A stretch of DNA of 64,000 nt from an uncultured Thermoleophilia bacterium (GTDB taxonomy: Bacteria > Actinomycetota > Thermoleophilia > UBA2241), in NCBI GenBank assembly GCA_963695395.1, contig CAVOGK010000026.1, positions 60,511 to 124,510 on the forward strand. Direction: 5' to 3'. Positions 41,548 to 52,152 of the stretch are shown here, in pieces; the stretch's first letter is position 1, and each line of letters begins with the position of its first letter. The notes beneath the pieces are model-generated. The model was not told the DNA's origin. It saw only the letters and a program-made list of their open reading frames with translations, and did not search any database. A program made the position numbers and the translations under genes.

Positions 41548-43620
41548 CTAACGGTCCCCGCTCAGTCTGATGAGCGCGTCGGCCGCGACCGCGCCCTGGC
41601 CCTCGGCCAGGACCAGGAGCGGGTTCACGTCGAGCTCCACGATGGCCGCGGGATCCTTCTGGACAAGGGCGGCGACCGCAAGGACGACGTCGGCGGCCGC
41701 GTTCAGGTCGGCCTGCGGACACCCCCGGAAGCAGTTCAGGAGCGGCGCGCACATGAGTCCGCCCAGCGCGTCCAGGACGTGCTCCCGGGTCACCGGGAGC
41801 AGGAGGGACGCGCTGTCCTTCATGAGCTCGACGAGGATGCCGCCGCCGCCGACCACCAGGTACGGGCCGAACTGCTCGTCCTGGGCGACGCCGACGATGA
41901 TCTCCGCGACGGCGTCCTCGACCATGCGCTCGACGAGGAAGGACTCCGAGAGCCCCGCCATCATCGCCATCGCAGACGACACGTCGTCGGCGCTCCGCAG
42001 GTCGAGGCGCACGCCACCCACGTCGGTCTTGTGGGCGACGCCCAGCGCCTTGACGACGACCGGGAAGCCGAGCGCCTCGGCGGCCGCGACCGCCTCCCCG
42101 GCGCTGCCGACGACCCGCGCCTCGGGAACGGGGACGCCGGCGTCGGCGAGCATGCGCTTCGAGGCCGCCTCGTCAAGCACGGTGACGGCGTCGCGATCGA
42201 CCCGGAACGGAGCCACCAGCAGGGGCTGACTCGGCGGCTGCTCCCAGGCCGCGCCGATGTCCACGGCCGCCTGGACCGCCGCCACCGCATCGTCGATGCC
42301 GGCGAGCAGCGCGACGCCGTCTTCCATGAGGCGCTCGGCCACGGGCTCGGCGACCGTGTCGGCGAAGGTCGCGAGCACCGCGCCCTTGGTGCCGGTGGCC
42401 TTGGTCGCACGCACGAAGCCCCGCTCCGCCCCGCCCCAGGTGGACTGGTCGCACCTGTCCGCCCTCGGGTAGTCGAGCGCGCACAACGCGATGTCGAAGT
42501 CCTCCGCCATGAAGGCGCCGAAGATCTCGGCGTTCGCGTCGTCGTCGTCCCACGTGTACATCTGATAGTCGAACGGGTTGGAGGCGACGACCCGTTCGTG
42601 GACGACCGCGCGCACCCCCTCCGCGACCTTCTCGGACAGCGGCGGCAGGGTCAGCCCCGGCGTCAAGGCGTCGGCCAGCAGCGTGAGGTCGCCGCCCGAC
42701 GTGCTCATCGCGCCGACGCGGCCGCCCTGGAGGGGGCCCACCACGTGAAGCAGCTTCAGCGCCTCGACCAGAGCCTCGAGCGAGTCGACCCGTGCCAGCC
42801 CGAGCCGCTCGAACAGCGCACTCACGAGCACGTCGGAACCGGCCAGCGAAGCGGTGTGGGACACGACCACCTTCTGCGCGACCTGCGAGCGGCCGGTCTT
42901 CACCGCGACGATGGGCTTGCCCAGCTCGCGGGCCACGTCGACCGCCTCCTGAAAGCCCTTCGGATCCGGCAGCGTCTCGAGATAGAGCCCGATCGCCGTG
43001 ACCTCGTCCCGGCGCGCGAAGATCCTGATGGCGTCGTTGAGGTCGAACTTGAGCCGGTTGCCCAGCGAGACCATGTAGGCGATGGGCAGGCCGCGCCGCT
43101 GCATGGTGATGTTGAAGCCGACGTTGGACGACATCGTGATGATCGCCACGCCGCGGTCCACCCGGCGGCCGCCCTGCTGATCCGGCCAGAGCATCGCCCC
43201 CGTGACGTAGTTGAGCAGCCCGTAGCAGTTGGGGCCGACCAGCGCCATGTCTCCCGAAGCCTCGAGCAGCTGCCGCGTGAGCTCGGAGCCCTCTTCGCCC
43301 GCCTCGGCGAAGCCGGTGGCGTACGAGATGGCGCCACCGGCGTCCCGCGCGGCGAGGTCCCTGATGATGTCGATGGTGAGATTGCGGTTCACGCCGACGT
43401 AGGAGGCGTCGGGGCTTGCCGGCAGCTCGTCGACCGAGCGGTAGACCTTGCGCCCCTGCACCTGCTCGGCCTTGGGGTGGACAGGCCAGATCTCGCCCTT
43501 GTAGCCCATGAGGTCGCACTGACGGATCGCCTCCTGAGCCTGCGCGCCGCCGAAGACGGCGATCGACTGCGGGTTCAGAAGGCGCTCGAATCGCGTCGGG
43601 TCAGTGGTCACCGCATCCAT
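41548..43620 (-). CDS. ADP/NDP-forming acyl-CoA synthetase (acetate--CoA ligase family), fused alpha/beta domains
   Basis: CoA-binding and succinyl-CoA-synthetase-like domains followed by an ATP-grasp domain. ATG 43620 with GGAGGT SD. Confidence 0.75.
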   Translation of the reverse strand: MDAVTTDPTRFERLLNPQSIAVFGGAQAQEAIRQCDLMGYKGEIWPVHPKAEQVQGRKVYRSVDELPASPDASYVGVNRNLTIDIIRDLAARDAGGAISYATGFAEAGEEGSELTRQLLEASGDMALVGPNCYGLLNYVTGAMLWPDQQGGRRVDRGVAIITMSSNVGFNITMQRRGLPIAYMVSLGNRLKFDLNDAIRIFARRDEVTAIGLYLETLPDPKGFQEAVDVARELGKPIVAVKTGRSQVAQKVVVSHTASLAGSDVLVSALFERLGLARVDSLEALVEALKLLHVVGPLQGGRVGAMSTSGGDLTLLADALTPGLTLPPLSEKVAEGVRAVVHERVVASNPFDYQMYTWDDDDANAEIFGAFMAEDFDIALCALDYPRADRCDQSTWGGAERGFVRATKATGTKGAVLATFADTVAEPVAERLMEDGVALLAGIDDAVAAVQAAVDIGAAWEQPPSQPLLVAPFRVDRDAVTVLDEAASKRMLADAGVPVPEARVVGSAGEAVAAAEALGFPVVVKALGVAHKTDVGGVRLDLRSADDVSSAMAMMAGLSESFLVERMVEDAVAEIIVGVAQDEQFGPYLVVGGGGILVELMKDSASLLLPVTREHVLDALGGLMCAPLLNCFRGCPQADLNAAADVVLAVAALVQKDPAAIVELDVNPLLVLAEGQGAVAADALIRLSGDR

Positions 43621-43784
43621 CTCAACCTCCGTTGTCACGGGTTCTCGCAGGTCCGATCGTCGAGCCGGCGATGGTCGGGCACGCAGGCGCGCCGCGGAGC
43701 GTGGCGCGTGGCCGGGCAGACGCGTGGTCACTGCGGTGGTTCACGCGGGCGTCGAAGCGCTCCGGGGCAACGCACGCGGCCTGG

Positions 43785-44543
43785 TCAAAGCCTGAGGCCG
43801 CCGTCGACCGGGATGACCCGTCCGTTCATGTAGTCGTTCTCGAGCGCGAAGCGCACGGCGTGCGACACCTCGGCGGGCTCCGCCATCCTGCGCAGCGGAA
43901 TGGCGGACGTCAAGCGCTCGCGCGCCTCCTCGGGCATGGACCTGGCCATGTCTGTGGCCGTGAGACCGGGTGCGACGGCGACGGCGCGGATGCCGTACCG
44001 AGCGAGCTCCATGGCCCACGTGCGCGTCATGGAGACGATGCCGCCCTTCGCGGCGCTGTAGTTCGTCTGGCCGGCGTTGCCCATCCACGAGAGAGACGAG
44101 ATGGAGACGATGACGCCGCCCGTGCCCTGGCCGACCATGTGATAGGCCGCCTCACGCGCGCACAGGAACACGCCTGTCAGGTCGACGTCGATCACCGCCT
44201 GCCACCGTGACAGCGGGAGCTTCTCCAGCTGGTCCCCGGTCTTCTTGATGAGCAGGCCGTCGCGGTTCATGCCGGCGTTGTTGACGACGGCGTCGACGCC
44301 GCCGGCCTCCTTCACGAACTCGGCGAAGAGCTGCTCGACGCTGGCCTCGTCGCTGACGTCCGCCGGCGTCGCCCACAGCCGCAGGCCGAGCCTGTCAGCG
44401 TCGGCCCGGAGGTCGTCCAGCGCCGTTTCGTCGACGTCGCAGACACCGACGTGGGCTCCGGCCCCGGCCAGGTCGAACGCGAACGTACGGCCCAGGCCGC
44501 GTGCCCCACCGGTGATGACGACGCGTGCTCCCGCGATCTCCAC
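43785..44543 (-). CDS. Short-chain dehydrogenase/reductase (FabG-like)
   Basis: ITGGARGLG Rossmann motif, NNAG, YSAAK catalytic motif. Confidence 0.8.
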   Translation of the reverse strand: MEIAGARVVITGGARGLGRTFAFDLAGAGAHVGVCDVDETALDDLRADADRLGLRLWATPADVSDEASVEQLFAEFVKEAGGVDAVVNNAGMNRDGLLIKKTGDQLEKLPLSRWQAVIDVDLTGVFLCAREAAYHMVGQGTGGVIVSISSLSWMGNAGQTNYSAAKGGIVSMTRTWAMELARYGIRAVAVAPGLTATDMARSMPEEARERLTSAIPLRRMAEPAEVSHAVRFALENDYMNGRVIPVDGGLRL

Positions 44544-44644
44544 GGCTCACTCCTCCATCCTGGGCCCGCCCGGCATCGCCGGCGCAGCAGCGCGGCGCGC
44601 TCGGTCGGGCGGATTCTACGCCGACGCTCGCGCCGGCGATCGCC

Positions 44645-45241
44645 TCACGCCGGCGTGACGACCGAGTCGCGGCCGAGCGCGAAGGCCTTCTCGTTGACCG
44701 CGAAGATCTTGGCGGGCACGGCCCGTTCCAGGCCCTGCCGCCACGACTCGGCGGCGAAGGACATCACGGTGCTCGTCGCACCCATCAGGGCGACGTTCAC
44801 GGCTCGCACGGTGCCCGCCTCGCGCGCCAGACCCTCGGCGTCGACGGCCAGCAGCCGGACGCCGCGGCCAGCAGCCGCGACGGCCAGATCCTCCGGGTAC
44901 GCCTGCTCGCGCCGCAGCACGCTGCCCGGCAGGATGCGCGTGGTGGCGGCGCAGACGAGCGTGCCGCCCTCGCCCAGCATGTCCAGCCCGCGGAAGCCCT
45001 CGAGCAGCTCCGTGGCGAGGACGTAGTCGGGACGGCGGAAGACCGGCGAGAAGACCTTGGGACCGAAGCGGACCGTGCTGAGCACGCTGCCGCCCCGCTG
45101 GGCCATGCCGTGTACCTCGCTGCCCTTGACTTCGAGGCCTTCGGCGGACGCCGTCTCGGCAAGGATGGATGCCGCGAGCAGGATGCCCTGCCCGCCGACG
45201 CCGATCAGTGCGACCGTGGTGGTGTCCGAAGCGGTGCTCAC
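44645..45241 (-). CDS. iorB: Indolepyruvate ferredoxin oxidoreductase beta subunit
   Basis: (V)STASDTTTVALIGVGGQGILLAASIL, IorB-like. GTGA overlap with the iorA stop. GGAGG SD. Confidence 0.8.
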   Translation of the reverse strand: MSTASDTTTVALIGVGGQGILLAASILAETASAEGLEVKGSEVHGMAQRGGSVLSTVRFGPKVFSPVFRRPDYVLATELLEGFRGLDMLGEGGTLVCAATTRILPGSVLRREQAYPEDLAVAAAGRGVRLLAVDAEGLAREAGTVRAVNVALMGATSTVMSFAAESWRQGLERAVPAKIFAVNEKAFALGRDSVVTPA

Positions 45242-47022
45242 GAGGCCTCCTCTCCGAGGCTGAGGGTCAGCGCGCCGCGCTTGCAGACCTCGACGCAGAG
45301 GCCGCATCCCGTGCAGGCTTCGGTGATGCTGACGGTGTCCGCCTGCGGCGCGATGGCCGGACAGCCGATGGCGAGACAAAGACCGCAGAGGTTGCAGCGC
45401 TCGTCGTCGACGAGCACGGTGCCGTTCTTCTCGCGCACGAGCAGGGCACACGGAGCCTCGGCGACGATCACGCCCAGACCCGGCGTCGCGACCTCCGTCT
45501 TGATGCCGTCGACGATCGCATCGTAGTCCTTGGCGTCGATGGTGGTGCAGCGGACGTGGATGCCGTCGCACAGCTCCTGGATGGTGATCGCCGGACCCTC
45601 GGTGAGGTCCGGGCGCACGCCGCTGCCCGGGTGTCCCTGGTGGCCGGTCATGGCCGTGGTGCGGTTGTCGAGGATCATGACGAGCCCCTCGGCCTCGTTG
45701 TAGGAGGCGCTGATGAGCGCCGTGATGCCGGAGTGGAAGAAGGTGGAGTCGCCGATGACGGCCGCGGCCGCCTTGCGCCCGAGCGCCTGGTTGAAGCCGG
45801 CCATCATGCCGATGCTGGCGCCCATGCAGAGGGAGCTGTCCAGGGCGTTCAGCGGCGGATCGGCGCCCAGCATGTAGCAGCCGATGTCGCCCATCGCGGC
45901 GAGCTTCTGGCGCTTCAGGGCTGTGAAGACCGAGCGATGCCGGCAGCCGGGGCACAGCACCGGCGGGCGCACGGGAAGCTCCGACTCGGCCGGGAGGTCG
46001 CTGAGGCGCGGCGCCGGCGGGAACACCGGGCTCCGGCGCTGGGGCGGCTCGGCTGCGAGGAAGGGCTCGAGCGCCGCGAAAACGACGTCTGGCTCGAGCT
46101 CGCCGTCGGCGGGGATGGCCTCCTTGCCGATCACCGGCAGGCCGAGCATGCGCACGTGGTCCTCGATGAACGGGTCGAGCTCCTCGACGACGAAGACCTT
46201 GGACACGCGCTCGTAGAGGTCGGCGATCTTCTGATACGGCAGCGGATACGACAGGCCGAGCTTGAGGTGCCAGGCCTCCGGGAAGGCCTCACGCGCGTAC
46301 TGGTGGACGACGCCGGAGCTGATGATGCCGAAGTCGGCGGTCCCCTCGATCAGGGGGTTGAGCGGGCTCGCGTCGCTGCGCTCGCGCAGCCGCTCGAGGC
46401 GCTCGATGATGAACCGGGTGCGGAGCCGGGCCCACTGCGGCACCATGAGATACTTGGTGATGTCCTTGACGTAGTCGATCCGCTCGGCCTCGATGCGCTC
46501 GCCCTGCTCGACCTGGCCGCGCCCGTGCGAGAGCTTGGTGCTCGAGCGCAGCAACACCGGCGTGTCGAACTCCTCCGAGAGCGCGAACGCTTCGGCGACG
46601 AAGTCGTAGCACTCCTGGCTGTCCGACGGCTCGAACATCGGGATCTTGGCGAACCGGGCGTAGTGGCGGCTGTCCTGCTCGTTCTGCGACGAGTTCATCC
46701 CCGGGTCGTCGGAGCTGACGATGACCAGCCCGCCGTTGACGCCCGTCTCCGTGAGCGTGAGCAGGGGGTCGGCGGCGACGTTGAGGCCCACGTGCTTCAT
46801 CGCGACGAGGGTGCGCACGCCCGCCCGGGAGCACCCGACCGCGGTCTCGAGCGCGACCTTCTCGTTGACGCACCATTGCGCGTGCACACCGTCGAGGCCG
46901 GCTGCGGTCTCGATGATCTCGGTGGACGGGGTGCCCGGATAGGCGCAGGCGAAGCCGACGCCGGCGCGCGCCGCGCCGTAGGCGATGGCTTCGTTGCCCA
47001 TCAGGAAGAGTGTGGTGTCCAT
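45238..47022 (-). CDS. iorA: Indolepyruvate ferredoxin oxidoreductase alpha subunit
   Basis: ThDP domain, CPGCRHRS, two C-terminal 4Fe-4S motifs (CNLCGLCLAIGCP, CTGCGLCVEVC). Start at ATG 47022 or GTG 47031. Confidence 0.85.
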   Translation of the reverse strand: MDTTLFLMGNEAIAYGAARAGVGFACAYPGTPSTEIIETAAGLDGVHAQWCVNEKVALETAVGCSRAGVRTLVAMKHVGLNVAADPLLTLTETGVNGGLVIVSSDDPGMNSSQNEQDSRHYARFAKIPMFEPSDSQECYDFVAEAFALSEEFDTPVLLRSSTKLSHGRGQVEQGERIEAERIDYVKDITKYLMVPQWARLRTRFIIERLERLRERSDASPLNPLIEGTADFGIISSGVVHQYAREAFPEAWHLKLGLSYPLPYQKIADLYERVSKVFVVEELDPFIEDHVRMLGLPVIGKEAIPADGELEPDVVFAALEPFLAAEPPQRRSPVFPPAPRLSDLPAESELPVRPPVLCPGCRHRSVFTALKRQKLAAMGDIGCYMLGADPPLNALDSSLCMGASIGMMAGFNQALGRKAAAAVIGDSTFFHSGITALISASYNEAEGLVMILDNRTTAMTGHQGHPGSGVRPDLTEGPAITIQELCDGIHVRCTTIDAKDYDAIVDGIKTEVATPGLGVIVAEAPCALLVREKNGTVLVDDERCNLCGLCLAIGCPAIAPQADTVSITEACTGCGLCVEVCKRGALTLSLGEEAS

Positions 47023-47079
47023 AACCCTCACCTTGACCGAATGATTTGCGAGCCGTCAGACCCTTGTCAGGAACTATTC

Positions 47080-47108
47080 CTGTGTCAATGACTCATGATA
47101 GGACACAG
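47080..47108. promoter_or_regulatory. Inverted repeat CTGTGTC-N15-GACACAG upstream of iorA
   Basis: 7-bp exact arms, 50-80 nt upstream of the iorA start, in a 170-nt intergenic region. Confidence 0.2.
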
Positions 47109-47203
47109 TGCGGGCGATTGGCAACAGACCGAAATACCTTCGCCGCCGATGCCTCCGCACCGGCGGCGACCGGCGCGACCGCCCATCGCCGGAGGCCGTG
47201 GAC

Positions 47204-48847
47204 TCACCTCCCGTACGCTTCGCGGAGGCGCTTCTTGTCGAGCTTGCCGACACTGGTCTTGGCGAGCTCGGGCACGAACACGAAGCGGTCGGGCACCGCA
47301 TACTTCGAGATGATCCCGTGCCCGGCATGCTCGAACGTGAAGGCGCGGATGGCGTCGGCGTCGTCAGCCGCGCCGTCCCTGAGGACCACCAACGCGAGGG
47401 GACGCTCGCCCCACTTCTCGTCCGGCACGCCGATGACGGCCACCTCGCTGACCGCCGGGTGCCGCCCGATGATGTTCTCGAGATCGAGCGAGGAGATCCA
47501 CTCGCCGCCGGTCTTGATCACGTCCTTGATCCGGTCCGAGACCTGCAGGTAGCCCTGCGCGTCGATGAAGCCGACGTCGCCGGTGTGCAGATACCCGCCA
47601 GCCCAGAGCGCCGACGAGTTCCGCTCGTCCTTGAGGTACCCCATGGTCGCCCATGGAGCGCGCACGACGATCTCGCCCGTGGCCTCGCCGTCGTGAGGCA
47701 CGTCCCGCATCGCGTCGTCCACGATCCGCAGGTCCACGAGGGGGTTGGGCCGGCCGGCCCTGCAGCGGATCTCGAGCTCGCGCTCGTCGTCCAGCCCGGT
47801 GGTGTCCGGCGGCAACTGGGCGCTCATGATGAACGGGCAGGTCTCGCTGAGGCCGTAGCCGCCGAAGATGTCTATCCCTCTGGCCAGAGCCTCCTCGCAC
47901 AGCGCCCTCGGCAGCGGCCCGCCGCCGATGATCACCTTCCAGCCGGAGACGTCGGCGTGCTCCATGGCAGGGCTGCCCAGAAGCATGAACATGATGGTGG
48001 CCACGCAGTGAGAGAAGGTCACCTTCTCCGTCTGGATCAGGCGTAGAAGCCTCGCGGGATCGTAGCGCCCCGGGTAGACCTGCTTCACGCCCATGAGGGT
48101 CGCCATGTACGGGTAGCCCCAGGCATGGGCGTGGAACATGGGCGTGATCGGCATGTAGACGTCGTCGCGGTGGAAGCTGCCCTGCCCGGGCGACATCGCC
48201 ATCGCGGAGAGCCCGGCGAGGGTGTGCAGCACAAGCTGCCGGTGGCTGTAGTACACCCCCTTGGGCAAGCCCGTCGTCCCGGTCGTGTAGAAGGTCGTGG
48301 CGCAGGTGTCTTCGTCCAGCTCGGGAAACGCGAACTGCTCGCCGCTGCCGGCGAGCAGCTCTTCGTACTCGGCGTCCAGCGGCACGCTCGTCGCCGGCGG
48401 CTCCTCCTGGTCGCTGAGGAGGACGAACCGCTTGACCGTGGTGAGGCGGGAGCTGATCTGCTCGAGGACCGGGAGGAACTCGGCGTTCACGAGGATGACG
48501 TCGTCCTCCGCGTGATCGATCGTGTACAGGATCTGTTCCGGCGAGAGGCGCACGTTCACGGTGTGCAGCACCGCCCCCATCATGGGCACGGCGAAGAAAC
48601 ACTCCAGGTAGCGGTGGCTGTCCCAGTCCATCACGCCGACGGTGTCGCCCGGTCGCACGCCCAGGCTCGTCAGGCCGCTCGCGAGCCGGCCGACGCGGGC
48701 GATGAGATCCCTGTAGGTGTAGCGTGCCAGGTCGCGATAGACGATCTCCTGGTCGAGCGCGTAGGCGCGCGGCGCATGCAGCAGGTGCTTGATGAGCAGC
48801 GGGTAGCCGTAGGCATCGGGGTTCCTCTCGATGATCCTCGCGGGCAT
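47204..48847 (-). CDS. AMP-forming fatty-acid/acyl-CoA ligase
   Basis: YTTGTTGLPKGV AMP-binding motif, GYGLSE, and a C-terminal lysine motif. Confidence 0.85.
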   Translation of the reverse strand: MPARIIERNPDAYGYPLLIKHLLHAPRAYALDQEIVYRDLARYTYRDLIARVGRLASGLTSLGVRPGDTVGVMDWDSHRYLECFFAVPMMGAVLHTVNVRLSPEQILYTIDHAEDDVILVNAEFLPVLEQISSRLTTVKRFVLLSDQEEPPATSVPLDAEYEELLAGSGEQFAFPELDEDTCATTFYTTGTTGLPKGVYYSHRQLVLHTLAGLSAMAMSPGQGSFHRDDVYMPITPMFHAHAWGYPYMATLMGVKQVYPGRYDPARLLRLIQTEKVTFSHCVATIMFMLLGSPAMEHADVSGWKVIIGGGPLPRALCEEALARGIDIFGGYGLSETCPFIMSAQLPPDTTGLDDERELEIRCRAGRPNPLVDLRIVDDAMRDVPHDGEATGEIVVRAPWATMGYLKDERNSSALWAGGYLHTGDVGFIDAQGYLQVSDRIKDVIKTGGEWISSLDLENIIGRHPAVSEVAVIGVPDEKWGERPLALVVLRDGAADDADAIRAFTFEHAGHGIISKYAVPDRFVFVPELAKTSVGKLDKKRLREAYGR

Positions 48848-48875
48848 CAGTGCCTCCGTCGCTCGGTGCGCAGGC

Positions 48876-50126
48876 TCAGACGAGCTCGAGGGCCGTCGCG
48901 ATCGAGACCCCGCCGCCGCCGCACAGGGTGGCCAGGCCGAGCGTCTTGCCGCGCCGTCGCATGGCGTGCAGCAGGGTGACCATGATCCGGCACCCCGTGG
49001 ACCCGACCGGGTGGCCGAGAGCGATCCCCGAGCCGTTCACATTGGTGATCGCGCGGTCGAGCCCGAGGTCCCGCTCGCAGGCGAGGTACTGCGAGGCGAA
49101 CGCCTCGTGGACCTCGAGCAACTCGAAGTCGGAGACGCCGAGCCCCGACCGGCGCTCCAGGTCCTGGACCGCCGGCATCGGACTCAGGCCCATGACCGAG
49201 GGCTCGCAGCCGCCGTAGCCGACGCCGCGGATGCGCGCGAGCGGCTGGACCCCCAGCTCGCGCGCCTTCGCCGTCGACATGATGACCACGGCGCTGGCGC
49301 CGTCGTTGATCCCCGCGGAATTGCCCGCGGTGACCTTGCCGAGCCCGGGCATGAACGCCGGACGCAGCGCCGCGAGATCATCCATCGTGAGCCCCGCACG
49401 GAAGTGCTCGTCGCGGGCGAATGCGAGCGGCGGCTTGCCGCGCCGCTGCGGGACCTCCACCGGCACGATCTCGTCGCTGAAGTCGCCCTCTTCGGTCGCG
49501 CGCTCGACGTTGTGATGACTGCGCAGCGCCACCTCGTCCATCTCCTCTCGGGAGAGGCCGTACTGCTCGGCGACGAGCTCCGCGGTGTGGCCCATGACGT
49601 AGGGCTGGCCCTGGAGCTGGGCGAGGATGGGGCGGTCCTTCGTGTCGCCACCTGATGGACAAGGGTGGTATCGCGAGCCGCAGTAGAGACCCTCGATCAC
49701 CTGGTCGTCGATGGTCTGGTTCTGAAGCCGGGCGCCCCATCGTGCCGTCGGGATCGCGTACGGCACGCCGGACATGACCTCGACGCCGCCGGCCACGATG
49801 ACGTCCGCCAGGCCCGCCTGGATCATCGCCATGCCTGAGACCACGGCCTCCATCGCCGACACGCACACGCGGTCCATCGACACCGCCGTCGCCGTGACGG
49901 GGATGCCGGCCTCGATGGCCGCCGACCGGGCGACGCTCTTCGTGAGGTAGGGCTCGAAGCAGCTGCCGAGCCGGACGTCACTCACGGCCTCCGGCTCGAT
50001 CCCCGCACGAGCGACGGCCTCGCGGATGACGGCTGCGGCGAGCGCATACGGTGGCACGTCCTTGAGCGTGCCTCCGAACGCGCCGATCGCCGAGCGACAC
50101 GCGGACGCGACTACGACATCATCCAT
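48876..50126 (-). CDS. Acetyl-CoA C-acetyltransferase (thiolase)
   Basis: Thiolase signatures: active-site Cys region CRSAIGAFGG, NVNGSGIALGHPVGSTG, CGGGGVSIA. ATG at 50126. Confidence 0.85.
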   Translation of the reverse strand: MDDVVVASACRSAIGAFGGTLKDVPPYALAAAVIREAVARAGIEPEAVSDVRLGSCFEPYLTKSVARSAAIEAGIPVTATAVSMDRVCVSAMEAVVSGMAMIQAGLADVIVAGGVEVMSGVPYAIPTARWGARLQNQTIDDQVIEGLYCGSRYHPCPSGGDTKDRPILAQLQGQPYVMGHTAELVAEQYGLSREEMDEVALRSHHNVERATEEGDFSDEIVPVEVPQRRGKPPLAFARDEHFRAGLTMDDLAALRPAFMPGLGKVTAGNSAGINDGASAVVIMSTAKARELGVQPLARIRGVGYGGCEPSVMGLSPMPAVQDLERRSGLGVSDFELLEVHEAFASQYLACERDLGLDRAITNVNGSGIALGHPVGSTGCRIMVTLLHAMRRRGKTLGLATLCGGGGVSIATALELV

Positions 50127-50344
50127 CGGGCACCTCTCTCCACCTCTCGGCCTCTCGGCCGGGTGGCCGCGAACGCCTGCGCGCGGAGGCCGCGAACCAC
50201 CCGCATGATAGACGGAGCATCTCCTGCTCGTCAACGCTTCTTCCGCCATCTGTGCTGTCAGGACGACATTCCATGGAGATTCTCCGTTCCTGGTCTCGTT
50301 CCTCGGGATTCCTTTCGGCTGACAGCGACGCTGCCGGAACCCCG

Positions 50345-51121
50345 TCAGATGAACTCCGTGTGGCCGTCCACGCCGATCGCCTGACCCGAGATGCGCGCTC
50401 CCTGCTCCGAGCAGAGGAAGAGGATCATCGCTGCGACGTCATCCGCTGTGACGAACGTGCGCAACGAGCAGCCACGCACCCACTGCTCGCGCAGGTCCTC
50501 GCAGGTGATGCCCTTCTCCTCCGCTTCGAGGCGCATCACCCGCTCAAGGCGCTCGCCGACGACGCTGCCGGGACACAGGGCGTTGGCGCGGACGCCGAAC
50601 GGCCCGAGCTCCATGGCGACCGTCTTCATCAGGCCGATCAGCCCCCACTTGCTGGCCACGTACGGGGCTCGGGTCGGGCCACCGAACACGCCGTAGTGGG
50701 ACGACATGATGACGACCGAGCCGGAGCGCTGGTCCTTGAAGACCGGGGCGGCCCGGCGCGTGCACAGAAAGGCCCCCGTGAGATCCACGTCGATGGTGCG
50801 CTGCCAGTCGGCGAGTGAGACGTTCTCGATGCAGGCCACCGGGCCGCCGACGCCGGCGTTGTTGACGAGGACGTCGAGTCCTCCGAGGTGCGCCTGCGCC
50901 TCTTCGAAGAGGCGATCGACGTCGGCCTCGCGGGAGACGTCGGCGACCGTCGCACCGGCGCGCGGCTCGGCCTCGCGCAAGGCCTCCACCGCAGCGGGAT
51001 CCACGTCGCACGTGAAGACCGAGGCACCGGAGTCCACGAACTGCTTGAGAATCACGTTGCCGATCCCGCTTCCCCCAGCCGTCACGATCACCCGGGCGCC
51101 AGACAGGCCCGTCAGCTGCAT
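50345..51121 (-). CDS. Short-chain dehydrogenase/reductase
   Basis: VTAGGSGIG, NNAG, YVASKWG. ATG 51121 with AAGGGTGG SD. Confidence 0.8.
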   Translation of the reverse strand: MQLTGLSGARVIVTAGGSGIGNVILKQFVDSGASVFTCDVDPAAVEALREAEPRAGATVADVSREADVDRLFEEAQAHLGGLDVLVNNAGVGGPVACIENVSLADWQRTIDVDLTGAFLCTRRAAPVFKDQRSGSVVIMSSHYGVFGGPTRAPYVASKWGLIGLMKTVAMELGPFGVRANALCPGSVVGERLERVMRLEAEEKGITCEDLREQWVRGCSLRTFVTADDVAAMILFLCSEQGARISGQAIGVDGHTEFI

Positions 51122-51230
51122 CGCGCACCACCCTTCATGTCGGAGGCTGAACCCACCGCAGCTGTTCGCGGCCACCCATTCTACGCCGGACCGAGGGTCG
51201 TCAAGCGCCGGACGCGGCGGAGAGTCCGCG

Positions 51231-52121
51231 TCACCGCGCCGGCTGACGCAGACCGAGCTTGGCGCGCGCCTCGGAGGCCGTGAGGGTGCGCGCGCCCAGC
51301 ATCTCGACGAGACCGACCGCCTTCTCGACCAGCTGCGCGTTGCTGGCGAAGACGCCCCGGCGGAGGTAGAGGTTGTCCTCCAGGCCGACACGGACGTTGC
51401 CTCCCAACAGCACCGCTTGGGCGACGATCGGCATCTCCATCCGGGAGATCGCGAAGGCGGCCCACACGGCGTCGGGCGGCAGCAGGTCGATCATCGCCGC
51501 CATGGTGCGCGTGTCGGCCGGCGCACCGTAGGGGATGTCGAGACAGAGCTGGAACAACGGGGCGCCGTCGATCAGTCCCTCCTCGACGAGCCGGTTCGCG
51601 AGGCGCACGTGACCGGTGTCGAACACCTCCAGCTCCGGCTTGACGCCGAGCTCCTGGACCCGTGCGGCCATCGTGCGCAGCTGATTCGCCGTGACCACCG
51701 CCACGTAGTCCCCGTCGGAGAAGTTCATGCTGCCGCAGTCCAGCGTGCACATCTCGGGGCGCAGAGCTTCGATGTGCTCCAGCCGCTCCAGGGCAGGGAT
51801 CATGTCGCTGCCGGGCGCGGCGACCGAAGGATGGGCGTCGTCCACGATGAGGTCGCCGCCCATGCCGGTGGTCAGATTGATGATGACGTCGACGCCGCTC
51901 GAGCGGATGCGGTCGACGACCTCCCGGTAGTACTCGAGCTTGCGCGACGGCGCGCCCGTCTGCGGGTCGCGTACGTGGATGTGCGCGACGGCGGCGCCCG
52001 CCTCGGCAGCGCCGATGGCCGCCGCCGCGATCTGCGCCGGCGTCACCGGGAGCTCGGGGTGGATGCCTGCGGTGTCCCCGGCGCCGGTGACGGCGCAGCT
52101 GACGATGACCTCGTTGTTCAT
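51231..52121 (-). CDS. 3-keto-5-aminohexanoate cleavage enzyme family (BKACE, DUF849)
   Basis: [16 protein letters not shown]..., a TIM-barrel beta-keto acid cleavage enzyme pattern. Strong GAAGGAGGAG SD. Confidence 0.8.
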   Translation of the reverse strand: MNNEVIVSCAVTGAGDTAGIHPELPVTPAQIAAAAIGAAEAGAAVAHIHVRDPQTGAPSRKLEYYREVVDRIRSSGVDVIINLTTGMGGDLIVDDAHPSVAAPGSDMIPALERLEHIEALRPEMCTLDCGSMNFSDGDYVAVVTANQLRTMAARVQELGVKPELEVFDTGHVRLANRLVEEGLIDGAPLFQLCLDIPYGAPADTRTMAAMIDLLPPDAVWAAFAISRMEMPIVAQAVLLGGNVRVGLEDNLYLRRGVFASNAQLVEKAVGLVEMLGARTLTASEARAKLGLRQPAR

Positions 52122-52152
52122 CACTCCTCCTTCGCCCGAGGGCTCGTCCGCA